This document shows positions 1 through 15,000 of a stretch of DNA of 64,000 bases, piece by piece (within the stretch, counting starts at the first letter, position 1; the number at the start of each line of letters is the position of its first letter). The notes beneath the pieces were generated by a model that ran no database searches, was not told where the DNA came from, and was given only the letters and a program-made list of their open reading frames with translations. The DNA is from Mytilus californianus (taxonomy: Eukaryota): positions 54,932,001-54,996,000 of the forward strand of contig NW_026262581.1 of assembly GCF_021869535.1 (NCBI RefSeq), given 5' to 3'. A program made the position numbers and the translations under genes.

Positions 1-3000
1 TATTGGATATAACTGTGATGTAGAATGTGGAAAAGTAAATTTTCTTCTCTTCAACGGGGTTTCTATAAAATCAGAGGAACTGAATATTCTATTATGGATG
101 TCTATTGGTGACTTGTCGTTCAAGGAACTCTTGTGCCTTTTTTGGGTGTTATTTGGTCTCTGTGGAGATTCAGACTCTTGCTGGTACTTCCTCAAAGGTG
201 TTATCTGGAAGTCTTCAGAAACAAACATTCTTTTTTCTGAAGATTTTTGTGAGATATTTTTATCATACTTTTCAAATGCTCTTTTATGTTTACTTTTTGA
301 ATAATTTGAAGGTACATGAATTTCTGTTGTTCTTTCACAGAATTTTACATTCAGTCCATTACTTGACCTCTGTGAAGACAAAGATTTATCGAACTGAGCA
401 ATGGGTAGGTCATTGGAAGAGTCCTTGTGCAAGTTTTTATTTTTCCTATCTAATAGATGCTTGTGTGGGGTTGTGATCTGATTAATATTTTGTTGATTGT
501 CTGTGTTAAATAATGAATATTTAAAACTATTCTTTTCACTCATGTATGATTCATGAAAACTTTCAAGCCTTGGTGTCTGAAAGAAAGAAGTAAAGAAAAA
601 TCATGTTACATTGTCATAAACTGTCATGCTCAATTTTGGCATAACATGAATTTTATATGAGATAATATGTTATGATGAAAATCTAAAATCTAACATATAA
701 ATAAATAAATTTCATAACTGCTATAAAGAGTGCTATTTTCCTCTCAAATATATGTATGTGTGTTTGTTTATTATGGATTTTCATTATAACATTCTTTGTT
801 AGAAGCAAAAAACTTATTGAACAAAAGTGCTGAAGTGGTATAAATGCAATTATTGCCCCATAAAATGAATCTTTGACAAACTCCTTTTAGGTTCAGATTT
901 TCATTGTACTTACAAAAGCCGCTCGTGTCATCTGCATGCACATTACAGCATTCAAAATATAACCAAAGAAATCTCTTTAGTAAAGAAACTACATTTTAAT
1001 TTTCATTCAATTCCTGTCCTCTTATATAGGAAGACTCAAAGATTTATACAAGTCTCACTAATTTCATTTTTGTACGTCCCATCAATTAGTTTTAGGAATA
1101 AATAAAGAATCCCTGGACCAAGTTGATTGAAAAGACTTGAAACATAAAGGTCTGTATTTGGCCGCATATTCTGTAGACTTTTAATTTATTTACATTTGAA
1201 AGATATAATCAAATTGAAAAATGAAGAATTTCCATAGATTAGTTGAATTGTTGTTATAATAATACAACTAATTGGCAAAATTTACTAAAAAATACATTCA
1301 AAATATGATGGAAGTAATGAAATTTTATTTCATTTAACCAAAAAAAAGCATTTTTTATGACTTTCTCCTATCATTCACCTATAGATACTTGTTCATAAAT
1401 GACCACACCCATTAAAGTTTATTACAATTGCTTTTTCAACTCCCTCTCTCTGTCCCATTCAAATGAAAAATCTGTTGTTGTCAAATTTTTATTCATATAA
1501 AATTATTTAAAATCTAATTTAGAAAACAAATAAATGTTGAATTATTCTAAATATGTAGAGAAAATGACTATTGTCATATATCACTTGTGACAAAGTGCAA
1601 GCTTATACTTTCAAATCACAATTGCTACTAACCTCAGGTTCCAAATCTTTATGCTGAAATTTGTTAGGAAAACTCCTGTCATAATCTTTAAACTGAAATT
1701 TCAACTTTGGCTCAGGCTGAAAATATAGATCAATATTGATAAAGCTAATAAATTAACATCAAGTCTAAATTTAAATAATCTATTTAGCTATCAAATGTTC
1801 TATTTTTTTTATGCCCCCGCCACAGCAGAGGGGGCATTAAGTGTTACTCTTGTCCGTCTTTACATCCGTCCGTCGATATGTATGTCCCAAAATTGGTTTC
1901 TGTTCTCTAACTTTAGATTGCCTCAACCAAATGTTATGAAACTTATACACAATGCTTATTACCACAAAATACAGATCACATTTGAATTTGGATGGCGTCA
2001 CTTTTACCGTTCTCTAGAGTTATGCCACTTAACAAATAGAAAAATTGCTGAATTTTTCGTTTCCATTCTCTAACTTAAGTTTGCCTCAACCAAATGTTAT
2101 GAAACTTGTACACAATCCTTATTACCACAAACCTCTGATCAATTTTGAATTTGGGTGGCATCACTTTAACTGTTCTTGAGTTATGTCCCTTTATAACATT
2201 ATATGTAAGCAGGGCATCATCTGTGTCCCATGGACACATTCTACATTATTTTCATATTATTTACATCCATACTCTTACAACTTAAAGTGCAACTAATTTT
2301 CATAAAACTGTTTGCTTCAATTTTTATTCCAGAACTATTTGTTAAGTTATTGCAATCAAACATCGTGAAACAGCATGCTTTAGGTGAAATAAAATTAGAT
2401 TTAATTTGTTTCAACAGCTAATGTTATACTAAAACAACTCTTTGTGAAATCAAATATAATTGACCATTCACAATAAAAGGAGTCCAAATTAGAACTCTGT
2501 CTGTGAGTTTTGGTTCTCAGCATTGTGGATGAGTTTCATAAATTTTGGATGAGGAAAAACCTAAGTTAGAGTGCAGAAATGAAAATGGGACAGATGGAAG
2601 GATGGTCAGATAGAAGGATGGAAGGTCAGTCAAGGGTTACACTTAATGCCCCCTCCACCTTGTTAGACAATTGCTTCTTATAGTATCTGAAAAACAGACC
2701 TTATTACAAAATTTGAACATTGACCAATGAAGCATGCATAAAAATGAGGTCAAGATCAGATTAGCACAGCCAGACAACATGAACACCATTCATTACACCA
2801 AATATAGTGGCCCTATTGCTTATAGTATCTGAGAAATGGACCAAACCAGAAAATCTTACAATTGTCCAATGAACCATAAAAATATGTCAAGGTAAGATGA
2901 AACATGCCAGACAAACATGTACACATTACAATCATTCCATAACCAAATAATGTTGGCCTCTTGCTTAAAGTATCTGAAAAACAGACAAAACTACAAAAAA

Positions 3001-6000
3001 CTAAGATTGTCCAATGAACCCTGAAAATGAGGTCAAGGTCAGATGAAACATGCCAGTTTGACATGTACTCCTTATAAAACATTCCACACACCAAATATAG
3101 TTGACCTATTGCTTTTAGTATCTGAGATACAGACTTGAAAACATAAAATTAAACTTGATCACTGATCCATGAAATGAGGTCGAGGTCAGATGAACCCTGT
3201 CTAACGGATGTGTAGACCTTATAAGAATCCCTTAAACCAAATATAGTTATTCTATTACCCATAATAAGTGAGTATTTGTCATGACAAACAAACTCAAGAT
3301 ACTTGGCATGAGTAAAGTTTTATCCTGTCCAGTACTATAGAAAAAATTTCACATAACATTTCATTGCATATAAGAAAATAACCATCACTGGAAGTTAACC
3401 AATCAAATTTTCCCCCTTTTTTAACCAGTGTACAAGCTTTAGTAACCATGTAACCTCAAGTTTCCAAAATATTCTATAGAAACCCCAAATAAAGAAATAA
3501 TGGTGCTTTGAAATACCCAAGATATATGTTTATGACTCAGAAATGTTTTACTGCAATGAAATGTAGGATCAATTACCTACAACTGTCAAATTCAAGGGAA
3601 TATTTTTTTTCGACCTATTTTCATATGCAACCGGATGTGACGTACTATGATTTGGTGGTATTACACCTAAAGAAGACTTTTTTGTTGAATAAACTGAATG
3701 TGACTTTTTTCCTTTGTAATACTGGTTATTTCAAGTATTCCTGTCAAGTTTTGTCATAATCAGTTCAATAGTTTGAGAAAAATCTAATATAATGTAAGAC
3801 GACATCTACAGCGATTCGAGCAAAATTTCTTCGAAAAATTCAAACCAAGCCGCATCATGATAGAATATAGTGTGGACCAATAAATGATCAAATATTTATC
3901 TCATCTGCCTACAAACAGTTGAATATGATACAAAAGATGACTTTAGGATGATAAATACTACTAATGGACCTCTTATTCTTCCTTATAAAGTCTCTTTTGG
4001 TCCATTTATACCTCTCATTTCCTCAAAATTTCTACTTTTTAGGCCAATAAATAAAAATTTTGGGGTAACTTTCACTCATTTATGATGGAAATGTTATTAT
4101 AAATGATTAATTGAAGTATTCAAGCTGCTTGAACTATCCATATAAAAGTTTACTGTCTCCAAGGAGGTTTCAATAAGACCTTGCGTAAAACTTAAATTTA
4201 CGCCGCGTTCCAGAGAGGGACATAAAAAACTTCTCTTTTGGTGAATAATTTGTTGTTACTGCTTTAAAAATAATTTCATTTACTTAAAACTATATATTTA
4301 TTAAAGTATTTCTTAGGAAAAATTTTCTAGTATAGCAGAATATAAGAAATAAGGAGAAAAAGCTCCCCAAGACTCTAAGTATGGCTTGTTCTGTCAACTA
4401 ATATTCATGGTAAAGTCCTATTTCAAGGAAATTTTCTCATAAAATGTATTTTGGAGACTCAATCCACTCAGAATATTTCATTATTTGTAATATTTCACTT
4501 AAATAGCAAGAAATTTTAACACATGAGAGTACTCACAAGGTCAAAGGTGCATGTACAGCTTCCCATATTAGGTGTAATACCACCATTGATTTTCCCCTAT
4601 TAGTCTTTGTTAAATTTGCACTTTTCAAAAAATTGTGCAGAATTTATCTTTGTTTCAAATAAAGAAATACTTGGCATGAGTAAAGTTTTATCCTGTCCAG
4701 TACTATAGAAAAAATTTCACATAACATTTCATTGCATATAAGAAAATAACCATCACTGGAAGTTAACCAATCAAATTTTCCCCCTTTTTTAACCTGTGTA
4801 CAAGCTTTAGTAACCATGTAACCTCAAGTTTCCAAAATATTCTATAGAAACCCCAAATAAAGAAATAATGGTGCTTTGAAATACCCAAGATATATGTTTA
4901 TGACTCAGAAATGTTTTACTGCAATGAAATGTAGGATCAATTACCTACAACTGTCAAATTCAAGGGAATATTTTTTTTCGACCTATTTTCGTATGCAACC
5001 GGATGTGACGTACTATGATTTGGTGGTATTACACCTAAACACTGCATGCAGTTTTTGGTTTAAACCTATGAGGATCACTATGAAAATAAGAAGATGTGGA
5101 CAGCTTAATTTCCACCACAGGCCAAATGATGGAGATGTAAGCAACTATAGGTCACCTTTGGCCTTCAAGTTTCAACAATGAGCAAAACCCATACCATATA
5201 TTAGTTAAGCTATAAAACCTTTTATATGACAAAATATAAAACAATTCAAACGAGAAAATCAACGACCTGATTTATGTATAAAACAAGAAACGAAATGAAG
5301 TCCACCATCTCCTGCACTTGAAGACAGAACTCTACCATGTAACACCAAGAAAGTTTCCAGCATCATATTCATTTATAAAGTATCAATCAAAGTGAAGTAT
5401 TGAATGGCTTACCTTCTTAAACTTGTATGGATTTGGACTAGAATATGGCTCAAACTTCACACTAGATTTACTTGTTTTCATATCAATCTGATTTTCTGGT
5501 TTTACAAATGATGACAATTCATTTGCCTCCCTAGAAAAATGTAATTATTCATACAAAGTATTCATAATAAACAAGATTACATGTTAGAATTATTTTGTAT
5601 GATACTTCAGGTCTTCAGTGAGGAAATAACAAATAAATGCCACCTATTTTTCAAAGCCGAAGCAAATACATTACAGATGAAAAATGATCAAATTTATATA
5701 AAATCAAACAATGACATATTGACTTGTATCACTTGGTATCATAATTATACCATAGTTTGTCATACCATTGCTCTGTTCCTGGAATGACTTTTCTAGTTTT
5801 ATTTTGATGTTTTTTTTTGTATGAATACGATTTGAAAAAGCAAATGTGAGGTAAACATCAATCAAAATTGTGTTGTAATGAAATGACATTTAACAAACTT
5901 CTACCATAATACGCTATTTTCTTTAAAAAATAAAAATGGACAAAAATAAGAAAACTGACATAAATTTACCATTCAAGAATACAAAAAATATATTTTCAAA

Positions 6001-9000
6001 AGTTTGTTTCAGACATTATCTCTTAATCATAAAAAAGCTTCTGCCAAAGTTTCATAAAATTGTATGAAGGTTTGACAAAGTAATTGATGTGTTACAAACT
6101 TTAACCCTAGACTGTATCTACTAGTTAACTGTAATAAACTAAGTCCATTTCTCAGTAAAATATGGAAAAATAAAAGTAAATATTTTCAACATTTTGCTCC
6201 GGATACTGTATTTTGGTCATTAACAAGCTTCTGTCCAAATTTCATAAAATCCCATGAAGGTTTGACAAAGTTATTGATGACTGAAAAACTTTAACCTCAG
6301 ACTAAATCTGAATGTTAACTGTAAAAAAAACTTAAGTCCATTTATCAGTTAAATAAGGAAAAAAGAAAACAAATATTTTCAAAATTTGCTCTGGATACTG
6401 TTTTTTGGTCATAAACAAGCTTCTGTCCAAATTTCATCAAATTCCGTGAAGGTTTGACAAAGTTATAGATGTCTAAAAAAAAATTAACCATAGACTGAAC
6501 CTACATGTTGACACTGCCAACACAGATGACTGAATCTAGGATCGCTATATGTCTCGCTTTTGCGACATAAATGTTGCAGGCTTGGCAAAAATGAAGCAAC
6601 CAACTTATACCTTACTACGATATTTCTCAAAATATAAAGACAATATACTTTTACCATAATATGTTATTTCACAGAATAGTAAGGCAACAGACTTACATAA
6701 AATCATCTGTTGTCAAGTTTCCGAATCTAGAATTTTCATTGTCTTTTGAGACTTTGGATTTGACAAAACTGTTTGAATCCAGTATCTAATTCGTACAAAA
6801 GTCCCCATAATTAATGTGATCAAGGTCGGAAAGAGAAAAATTCAAATTAATATAAAAAATAGATTTCTTGTCATAAAATTCTCTCTCAGATTTGTCCACT
6901 ATTTGTTTATGGCTGTAATTTTCCTCGTCGTCACCTAGAATTGGGTCTTTGCTTGAATATCTTAATCTTCACATATTTGTGTAATTCAAGCTAATGTCTG
7001 TTTCTATGTCACACAACATATCAATAACATCTAATTCTTTGATCATATTTTGATCGGAAACGTTATTGGAGGAAATTATGAATGCATCCATCATTGTCGA
7101 AGATTCTGCCATTTACGAATTTAGTGCTATTTTAGAAAATGGGAGGGGTTTTCTTTGTTAGGAACAGAAAGGGAAAATTTAACTGAGGCCACCCTGAACA
7201 AATTCTTTGTTTGATGTTGCCTACCCATGCCTTGTAGGGTTGGGTAGTTAGGTAGGGATTTTATTATTTTTTTTGGCCAACAACATATTACAAAAAAGGT
7301 ACGTGTTTTAGACAAGAAAACGACATTAGAGCATGAAAAAAACTTTTTAAAAAATTGAAACTATTTGTGTCATAAAATTTTTAGGGTAGGCTTCTTTTTA
7401 GGTGGGTAGGAAGGCAACATAAAAAAATATCAATTTTATTTTTGGCCCTTTTCTTATAAAAAAATATTTTCAAAGAAAAAAGGAATAATAATATGCAATG
7501 TATATTTTTAACAGCAAAAACTGTGATAGGTTAAAGCAGATATTTTATATTTTTTTGAAAGTTTTGCAGTATTTCGTAAATTATACTATAGTCTTTAGCG
7601 AAACCCCTCGGCAACACCACTCAAATTTGTCTTGTGGGGTTATTGCAGGGGGATTCACCAAAAACTATGGTATAATTTACAAAAACACTGCAAAACTATC
7701 CAAAAGATATGAAATATCTATAACTTAACAGATTATGTATGAATAATGTGTTAAGAGTCTTTGAGATTAAGGTCTATCTACAGGAATCATTAAAATTTAA
7801 AATTGATCAATGAACCATGAAAATGAGATCAAGGTCAAGTTATCCATATTAGATGTACCTTACAATGATTTATTGACCAATTATAGTTAACATATCACTA
7901 AATTTAGAAACTGAGCTAATAAAAAAAAATTAACATTGTTTATGAAACAATAAAAATTAGATCAAGGTCAGATGAATCAAATTAAAAATAGTCTTTTGTA
8001 GCTTACAATGATTCAAGGCACCAAGACATTTTTGAATTTTTACCTATAGTTCTTAAAACAAGAGGCTCTAAGGTGCCTGTGTCTGACACTCACCTTGATC
8101 TATGTACATCTTCAACAATGACCATTATCTTACACTGTAGACTACAATATAATCCATGACTCTTTTTGTTAATCTTGTAGTGCTGATTTTATTTTCTGTT
8201 AAAGTTACTCTCTATCAACTATAGTTTTTAGTTTTTGCCCCTCCCCCCCTCCCCCCCCAAAAAAATAAAGGTCTAAAAAGCCTGTTTCACTCACCTGAAT
8301 CTTCAACAATGGCCACTTTTTATTAAAAATCATCCTTAAAGGGGAACAACTCTATTAAGAGATAACTGTCAATTTCAATCATGTTGACATATTTGAAGAT
8401 CTTATCCTGCTGATAATTTTTCCTTCCTAAAGTTTCTATGAAAAAAAAATGTAAAAATTATCATTAAAGGGCAATAACCCCAATAACGAGTCCACTGAAG
8501 ATTTCAACCATTATGGCTTATTTGTAGATCTTGTCTTAATGATCATTTGTGCTATTTACAGTTTCTATCTATACAGTTTTTAAGATAATAAGCAAAAATG
8601 GAATTAAATGGGAAAAATCATCATTAATGGGCAATAACTTTAATAAGGAGTCGACTTACAATTTTAGTGATGTTTGCCTTATGTGTAGCTCTTATCTTGC
8701 TGATAATTTTTGTTTTTTAAAGTTTCTATTTATCTATTATAGTTTTTAAGATATTAGACAAAAAAGCAAAAATTCGGTAAAAATTGTCATTAAAGGGCAA
8801 TAACTCTAATAAGGAGTCTTCTGACAATTTTGGTTTTGTTGACTTATTTGTAGATCTTGTCTTGCTGGTCATTTTTGCTATCTAAAGTTTCTGCATATCT
8901 ATTATAATTTTCAAGATAATAGGGAAAAAAAATTTAAAATGGTAAAATTCATCATTTGAGGGCAATAACTCCTATAATAAGTCAACTGACAGTTTTGACT

Positions 9001-12000
9001 TAAAAGAACAATAGTAAGAGCTCAACATTCTGAACTTTTTTGCTCACGTCAAAATTTCTCTTTTTATAGCAGTTCTCAAAACAATAAGCAAAACTTGCAT
9101 TTTACCCCATTGTTCCATTTTTAGCCATGTCATCCATCTTGGTTGGCAGTTAGGGTCATCAGACACATTTTTTAAACTAGATACCCACATAATGATTATG
9201 GCCAACAAGTTTCGTTTAATTTGGCCGAGTGGTTTCAGAGGAGAAGATGTTTGTAAAAGTTAACGGACCATGATGACGACAACAACGGGCAACAGACTAA
9301 GGATGACGGACACCAAGTGAGCTAAAAGTGGGTAAAAATCGTCATTTAAGGGTTATCACTCCCATAAGAAGTGGACTGACAATTTCAGCTTTATTGACCT
9401 ATTTGCTGATCATGTCTTGCTGATCACATTTACTGTTTACAGTTTCTCTCTATATTCTAGGTTTTCTACAAACACTAAAAGGTTGAAAACCATCATTTAA
9501 GGGCAATAACTCCGGTAAGGAGTTGACTACAATTTCGTCTATGCTGATTATATTTGCCTTTAAGTTTCTCTCTATCTGTTATAGTTGACTGAAAATTTCT
9601 GCAATTTGACAAATTTGTAGATTTTGTCATGCTTATCATGTTTTGCCAAAAAGTTTCTCTTTTTATCTATTATAGTTTTCAATTATAAATGCAAAAGATT
9701 GGTTAAAATTGTCATTTCAGGACAATAACTCCAATAAGAAGTCGATTAAAGATTTTGTCCATTTGTAGATCTTGTCTTGCTGATCATAATCCTTGCTGTT
9801 TACAGTTTTTCTATATAGTTTTTTTCAAAAATTGGGTGAAAATCATCATTACACTAAATCCTAACTAGTTTACTGGCTATTTCACAGATGTTAAAGAGTT
9901 TGTAGATCTCATCTATTTGATCATTTTTCTGTTTACAGGTTTTCCTTGACCTTATCTATTATATTTTTGACCAAAAATAAAAAAGGGGACAATAACTCCT
10001 GTAAGGAATTGACTGATGATTTTGGCCAACTCTGGTTCCAATTGGCCCAGTTGTTTCAGAGGAGAAAACTTTTGTAAAAGTTAAAATGACTTATAGACGC
10101 CAAATTCACTTCATCCTTTGGGTCAAGTGAGCTTAACAACCAACATTATCATAACTATTCAAGCATGAAAATAAGGTCATGATCAGGTGAACAAATAACC
10201 AGACAGACATATCAACCTTCCAATGATTGTATAGACCAAAGACTGCTGACCTTTTATTCATATTAACTGAAAACTATTATCACGTATCACAAAAACTTTA
10301 TATTGATCAATGAACAATGATAATGTGGTCAAATCAAGTGTCAATCCTGTCAGATTGCATTTGATATGACTGTATTTACAGTGCTAATTATATATGATGA
10401 TGTTTCTTTAATTTTGTAAGTGAGCATGAAAAATTAAGTTTTTAACAGTCCAAATATAGTCTTTCTAAACTAAGGGTTCCATTTAAAGCTGACTATGAAC
10501 TGCTTTCTTTTGCCAACTTTATTTCACTTTGGTTAAATTGTACATACTTTGTCTCGTACTTTGGTTCATTCAAACTGATTTTTGAAACAGATGATGTAGG
10601 TGATACAGTTCCAAGATTAATATCTTCTACCATACGAGAAAATGCAGGCTTGAAAACATCCAAATCGACTTTTTTCACTGGTCTTGATGTTGTATCACAT
10701 CCTACTAAAACAAAATTTTCAACTTTTTTACCTATTTTTATTCTTTATATGTACAAAATTAAATTTGTTCATTGACGAACACAATTTATTATTTTTGTTC
10801 AATAATTTGTAAATATAAAACAGAGCCTTTATCACCTAATACACAAAATATATAGCGAGAGTTGGGTCCTGATGCAGCATGTAACTCTTATGATCAATCA
10901 ATCACTAAAACAGCTTAAAACAGCACAATTTATTATTTCTTATATATTTAAGAAAATTTCTTTTCTTTTTTGTTTTGTTTTAGTTGTCTCTTCTGTGAGT
11001 GTATTGTCCTGAACATGTATGAAATATTTGCCACTGGATGTTAAGCAACCAATAATTAATCAATCTTCTAAGAGTGCATGATTTTTTTTTTATTTGCTCA
11101 AAGCCTGACAAAGGTTGTTTTTTTAATAATTTTTGCTACCCAGATCAACTGGCATTACTTGTTCAGTGTGATGTTGAACATGCAACCATTGCTTCTTGTT
11201 GTCGTACATCTTGAGTGTTTTTGTTTTGTTTTTTCTTTCAATTTTTGAGTTGATGGCAGACTGTGTGGACACTTGGATAATTAAGAACTGAAATTGACAT
11301 AATTCATGGACATTTTGTCTTCTGTTGGAGATAATAATTGTGTAATTGTGTAATGCAGGGCTTCCAAAAAAAATTTGAGCCAGCCGAACATTTTTTTTTT
11401 TGGTCTCATCCCGATTTTAATCCTTTTTAAAGACTTAGTAACAAAAGGAAACCAATAGTAATCAGTTTGGCATCATATAAATTATGATTGACACAAAAAC
11501 GGTATTTGACTTGACTTTTTAATATAAATTTCGATGTTCTGATGTAAACTGTTAAATTGACAGTGCACCATTCGAAGTGTGCAACATCAGCTTACTAATA
11601 TCTGCCGAAGACTCGTTATTTGTGCAAAAATAACGCTGTCATAACTTCAATTACGTTTTTGAAAAGTACACTTACCTCATACCGGATGTTGACTTGACAA
11701 TGGTAAAACACGGACCAGAGACGGATACGTAAAATCCGTGTCCGTTTCAAAGCACGATTGAGTTATTAAAGTAGCTCTTTCCACTTTATTTCTATAGGAA
11801 AAACTCGAAATGAACATTAGATAAAGGTATCAATGATATTTTTAGCATTTTTGAAAAATCGGATGCATAAATAAATCTCGCAACTGCGCCGCGCTTGCGC
11901 ACAAGTGTACTAGTTTAAACAACATTGTTCTGACGATTTTTCACTTAAAACCTTTACAACTACCTTTTTAATTTTTCATCAAATAATATTCATATACGTT

Positions 12001-15000
12001 TTTTGGTAATATGAATCTTGTTAACTCAAATTATTTAGATGCAAACCGCTGAAATTTAAGAAAATAACTTTTATTAGACCGATCAATGTCCGGTACTAAA
12101 TCTACCTGTCGCCTGAACAGGTAAAATAAGCTGTCGGAGAACTAATTTGCCTTGATTGTAATGAGAGGGTATTTAAGTAGGGTGTGTTTTGATAGTAATT
12201 ATTCATCATGTCACTTTTATGACCGGAAATATGTGGCTGTTTAAAATGTTCAGGTAAAAACTGAGAAGATCGCATGAACTTCATTTTTTTTTCTGAACTA
12301 TGTTATTAAAATGTCCGTTTCAGCTTCGACACAACAAGTCATTTATATAATTTATCGGACAAGTCCGGAAAATATGACCGTTTTGGAAGCCCTGTTGTGT
12401 AGCTGCCTCATCCCTTGACCTACTGTATATTCCTCAGTTTTCTTTTTTTTTCATAATCTTATGTACTTTGGTAAACTACCTTTATGATGTGAATGTGCTA
12501 CATTAACTGTCTGAAAGGCTCTTAAATCCTGACCAAGTCCATGTTTTCTTATACCAGTTCCTCCAATGCTTCTGTAAACTTGGACTTTATCTGCAAATTT
12601 CTTTCTTTCAAAAAATTCCTAAAATGTAAAGGTATTAACTTCATATTTTTCAATCTAAGAAACATAATATGAAAAGGAGTAGGGGCAATAAAGCCCTTGT
12701 CCAAATATTAGTACAAATTGAAAAGTTACATTTGTACCATACATATTCTTACATTTCACATCATTTGTTTAAACTACACTAAGGTACAATTTAAGGTGTT
12801 CAGAAAATAAAAACAAATTTCACATACAACAAGTAAACATGGCAACAACTATGACAAAATGTGCATAATTTGTAAATTTTCTTGATTTTCCTTGTTTTAC
12901 GTCAACTTTTAGGTACCGTAGTCGGTCTATATTAGAATGGAAAAGTATGTGCGTACCCAAGAAACAATTCTATATTTGGTAATAATATGTCAATAGTTAT
13001 AATAAAGCTTCTCTTAAATCATTGTGTTGTTTCTTGCCTGTGCAAGATGTCTCCACAAAGGAAATAATGACGAAAAACTGCATCAGCTTAGCAGTTTTCT
13101 TTGTTTTCATGAAATTGGTACATTTTATGAAGTAATTGTGATGTCATCAGTCTTCACAGTAAACTTTTTGGACCACAGTCCCACACCCCATTTTTTTTTG
13201 GTATAAATTCTAAAGGCCTATATTAGACTAGTTTTCACATGCCCACCAGGAAGTTTACAAGCCTCAGGCTTCGGACTACTGCATGCATGGTTTATTGTGC
13301 ATCATAACATCAAAATTTTTATGTAATTCATGTAAATAACATCTGTTACATTGTAGTCTTCAACTTTGAGGCTTTGATTAAGGTTCATCATAAATTTTAT
13401 TCTAGTTTGATTTCAGGACAGAAAGAAAATGACTCAAAATAACTACCAGAAATGTCATAAAATAAAAGGTAGAGTCATTGATTTCCATATTATAAGTTTT
13501 CAGATTTAAATTTGCAAAGGGAAAATAGGGACTGTGATAAGACCTTGAGTTCAGACACAATATAAAGGGCAAACTTCAGAATATAAATATTGATTTATGA
13601 ATAGAAAACATGAACCCGAGAACTTATTTTATAGGACAATATATATCATGTCCAGCCATGCCTTTAAACTTTCTTAGCACAGTTTTGTCTGTACCTAAGG
13701 ACCATTCCCAGTCTGTACTTTAATTGAGTAAATTTTGTAGCCCAAATACCGCCATATTTGCAGACAGCTTATATTAAAAAATGAAATCACTTTATAAATT
13801 TCATGTGTTTGAGTCGCTTTTCTGGATTTTAGCCTTCATCAAGAATGCTCAAAGCCGCATATTTGAAAGCCAAAGATGTATAAGAACAGAAACAATCGAA
13901 CAGCTATATGTACCAAATAGGACCTTTTTAAAAACAATCAAAAAAATATTGTCTTAGGGACTTATCATTTTTTACCTGGGAGGGGGGCTGGTCATTTTGA
14001 AATCATACATACAAAATTTCTTGACCCCCCATAATATTTCACTATTTTTATTTGATCCCCCCCCCCCGTAAAAACATTAAAAAATGTGATCCCCCCTCTA
14101 TTATACATGCCAAAATTTTAACAGGCGAATCACTTACATGTATCATGTTATTTCAAGGAAATATTGAAAATGAAATATTCTCAGTGGATTGAGTCTCAAA
14201 ACTTATTTGAGGGAAAATTGCCTTGAAATAGGGCTCTTCCATGAGGCCTCTTCCATGAATATTAGTAGGTAGAGCAAGCCAGTGCTTTGAGTAGCTTTTT
14301 CTGACTTTTTTTTCTAATTTCCTATATTGGGCTATTAAAGAAAACTTGATTCTGAGTATAACTCTGTAAAAAATATACATGAAAAAGTAAACTTTTTGAA
14401 ACAGTAACAACACATTATTTATATGTCCCTCTCTTGGACGCTGCTTAAACTTGAGTTTTACGTATGGCCTTATTGAAACCTCCATTGAGTCGCTAAACTT
14501 TTATATGGACAGTTCATGCTTTCAGCTTGAACAATTCAGTTACTCATTTATTGTCACATTTCATTCTTAAATGTGTGATAGTAACCTCAAATTTTTGATT
14601 TATTAGCCTAAAAAGTACAAATTTTGAAGGAGTGAGAGGTATAAATGGACCCAAATGGCTCTTGTAATGAAAACAAAAAGATACATTGGCATTAATGCTT
14701 GTTAATTTAGTGATCGACGTGAGTAAAATATAACAACTGAATTATTCAGATTATTAAGCACTTATGCATTTTATATAGGACAAAATGACACAAAATGGCA
14801 GCTTCCTACATCACCAAAGTCTTGTGATGTCTTACTTAATTGTACCGGTATATGAATGGTGTTAAAAATATATTTAGATTTGACTCTTGTAATGTTCTTC
14901 TTGACATTTTGTCTCTTGAAGTATATGTGAACTACTTATTTGCAAGTGCAAAAAATATTGATCCCCCCACTTTGAATTTATTAAAAAAATTGAACCCCCC

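Noticed and set aside
98-476. Plus-strand ORFs of 68 and 123 aa
   Set aside because: They are antisense shadows of the open minus-strand REDIC1 exon (576 to <1).
1036-1170. Coding-looking stretch NMRPNTDLYVSSLFNQLGPG… after a CAG acceptor
   Set aside because: It hits a stop after 44 codons, and no good phase-compatible donor/acceptor pair links it onward.
3508-5181. Duplicated ORFs beginning MKYPRYMFMTQK
   Set aside because: TTG-start chance ORFs inside two copies of a MITE, with no protein motifs.
10493-10547. Apparent terminal exon ending in TAG at 10493
   Set aside because: A GTATGT donor at 10547 in phase 2 fits the next exon, so the tail is intronic read-through.
11140-11287. Open frame (…MYDNKKQWLHVQHHTEQVMPVDLG) ending at G|GTAGCA in REDIC1 intron 2
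   Set aside because: Exon 2 joins exon 3 directly in phase. Inclusion needs a weak AAG acceptor (11271) and a weak donor, so it is unsupported without RNA data.
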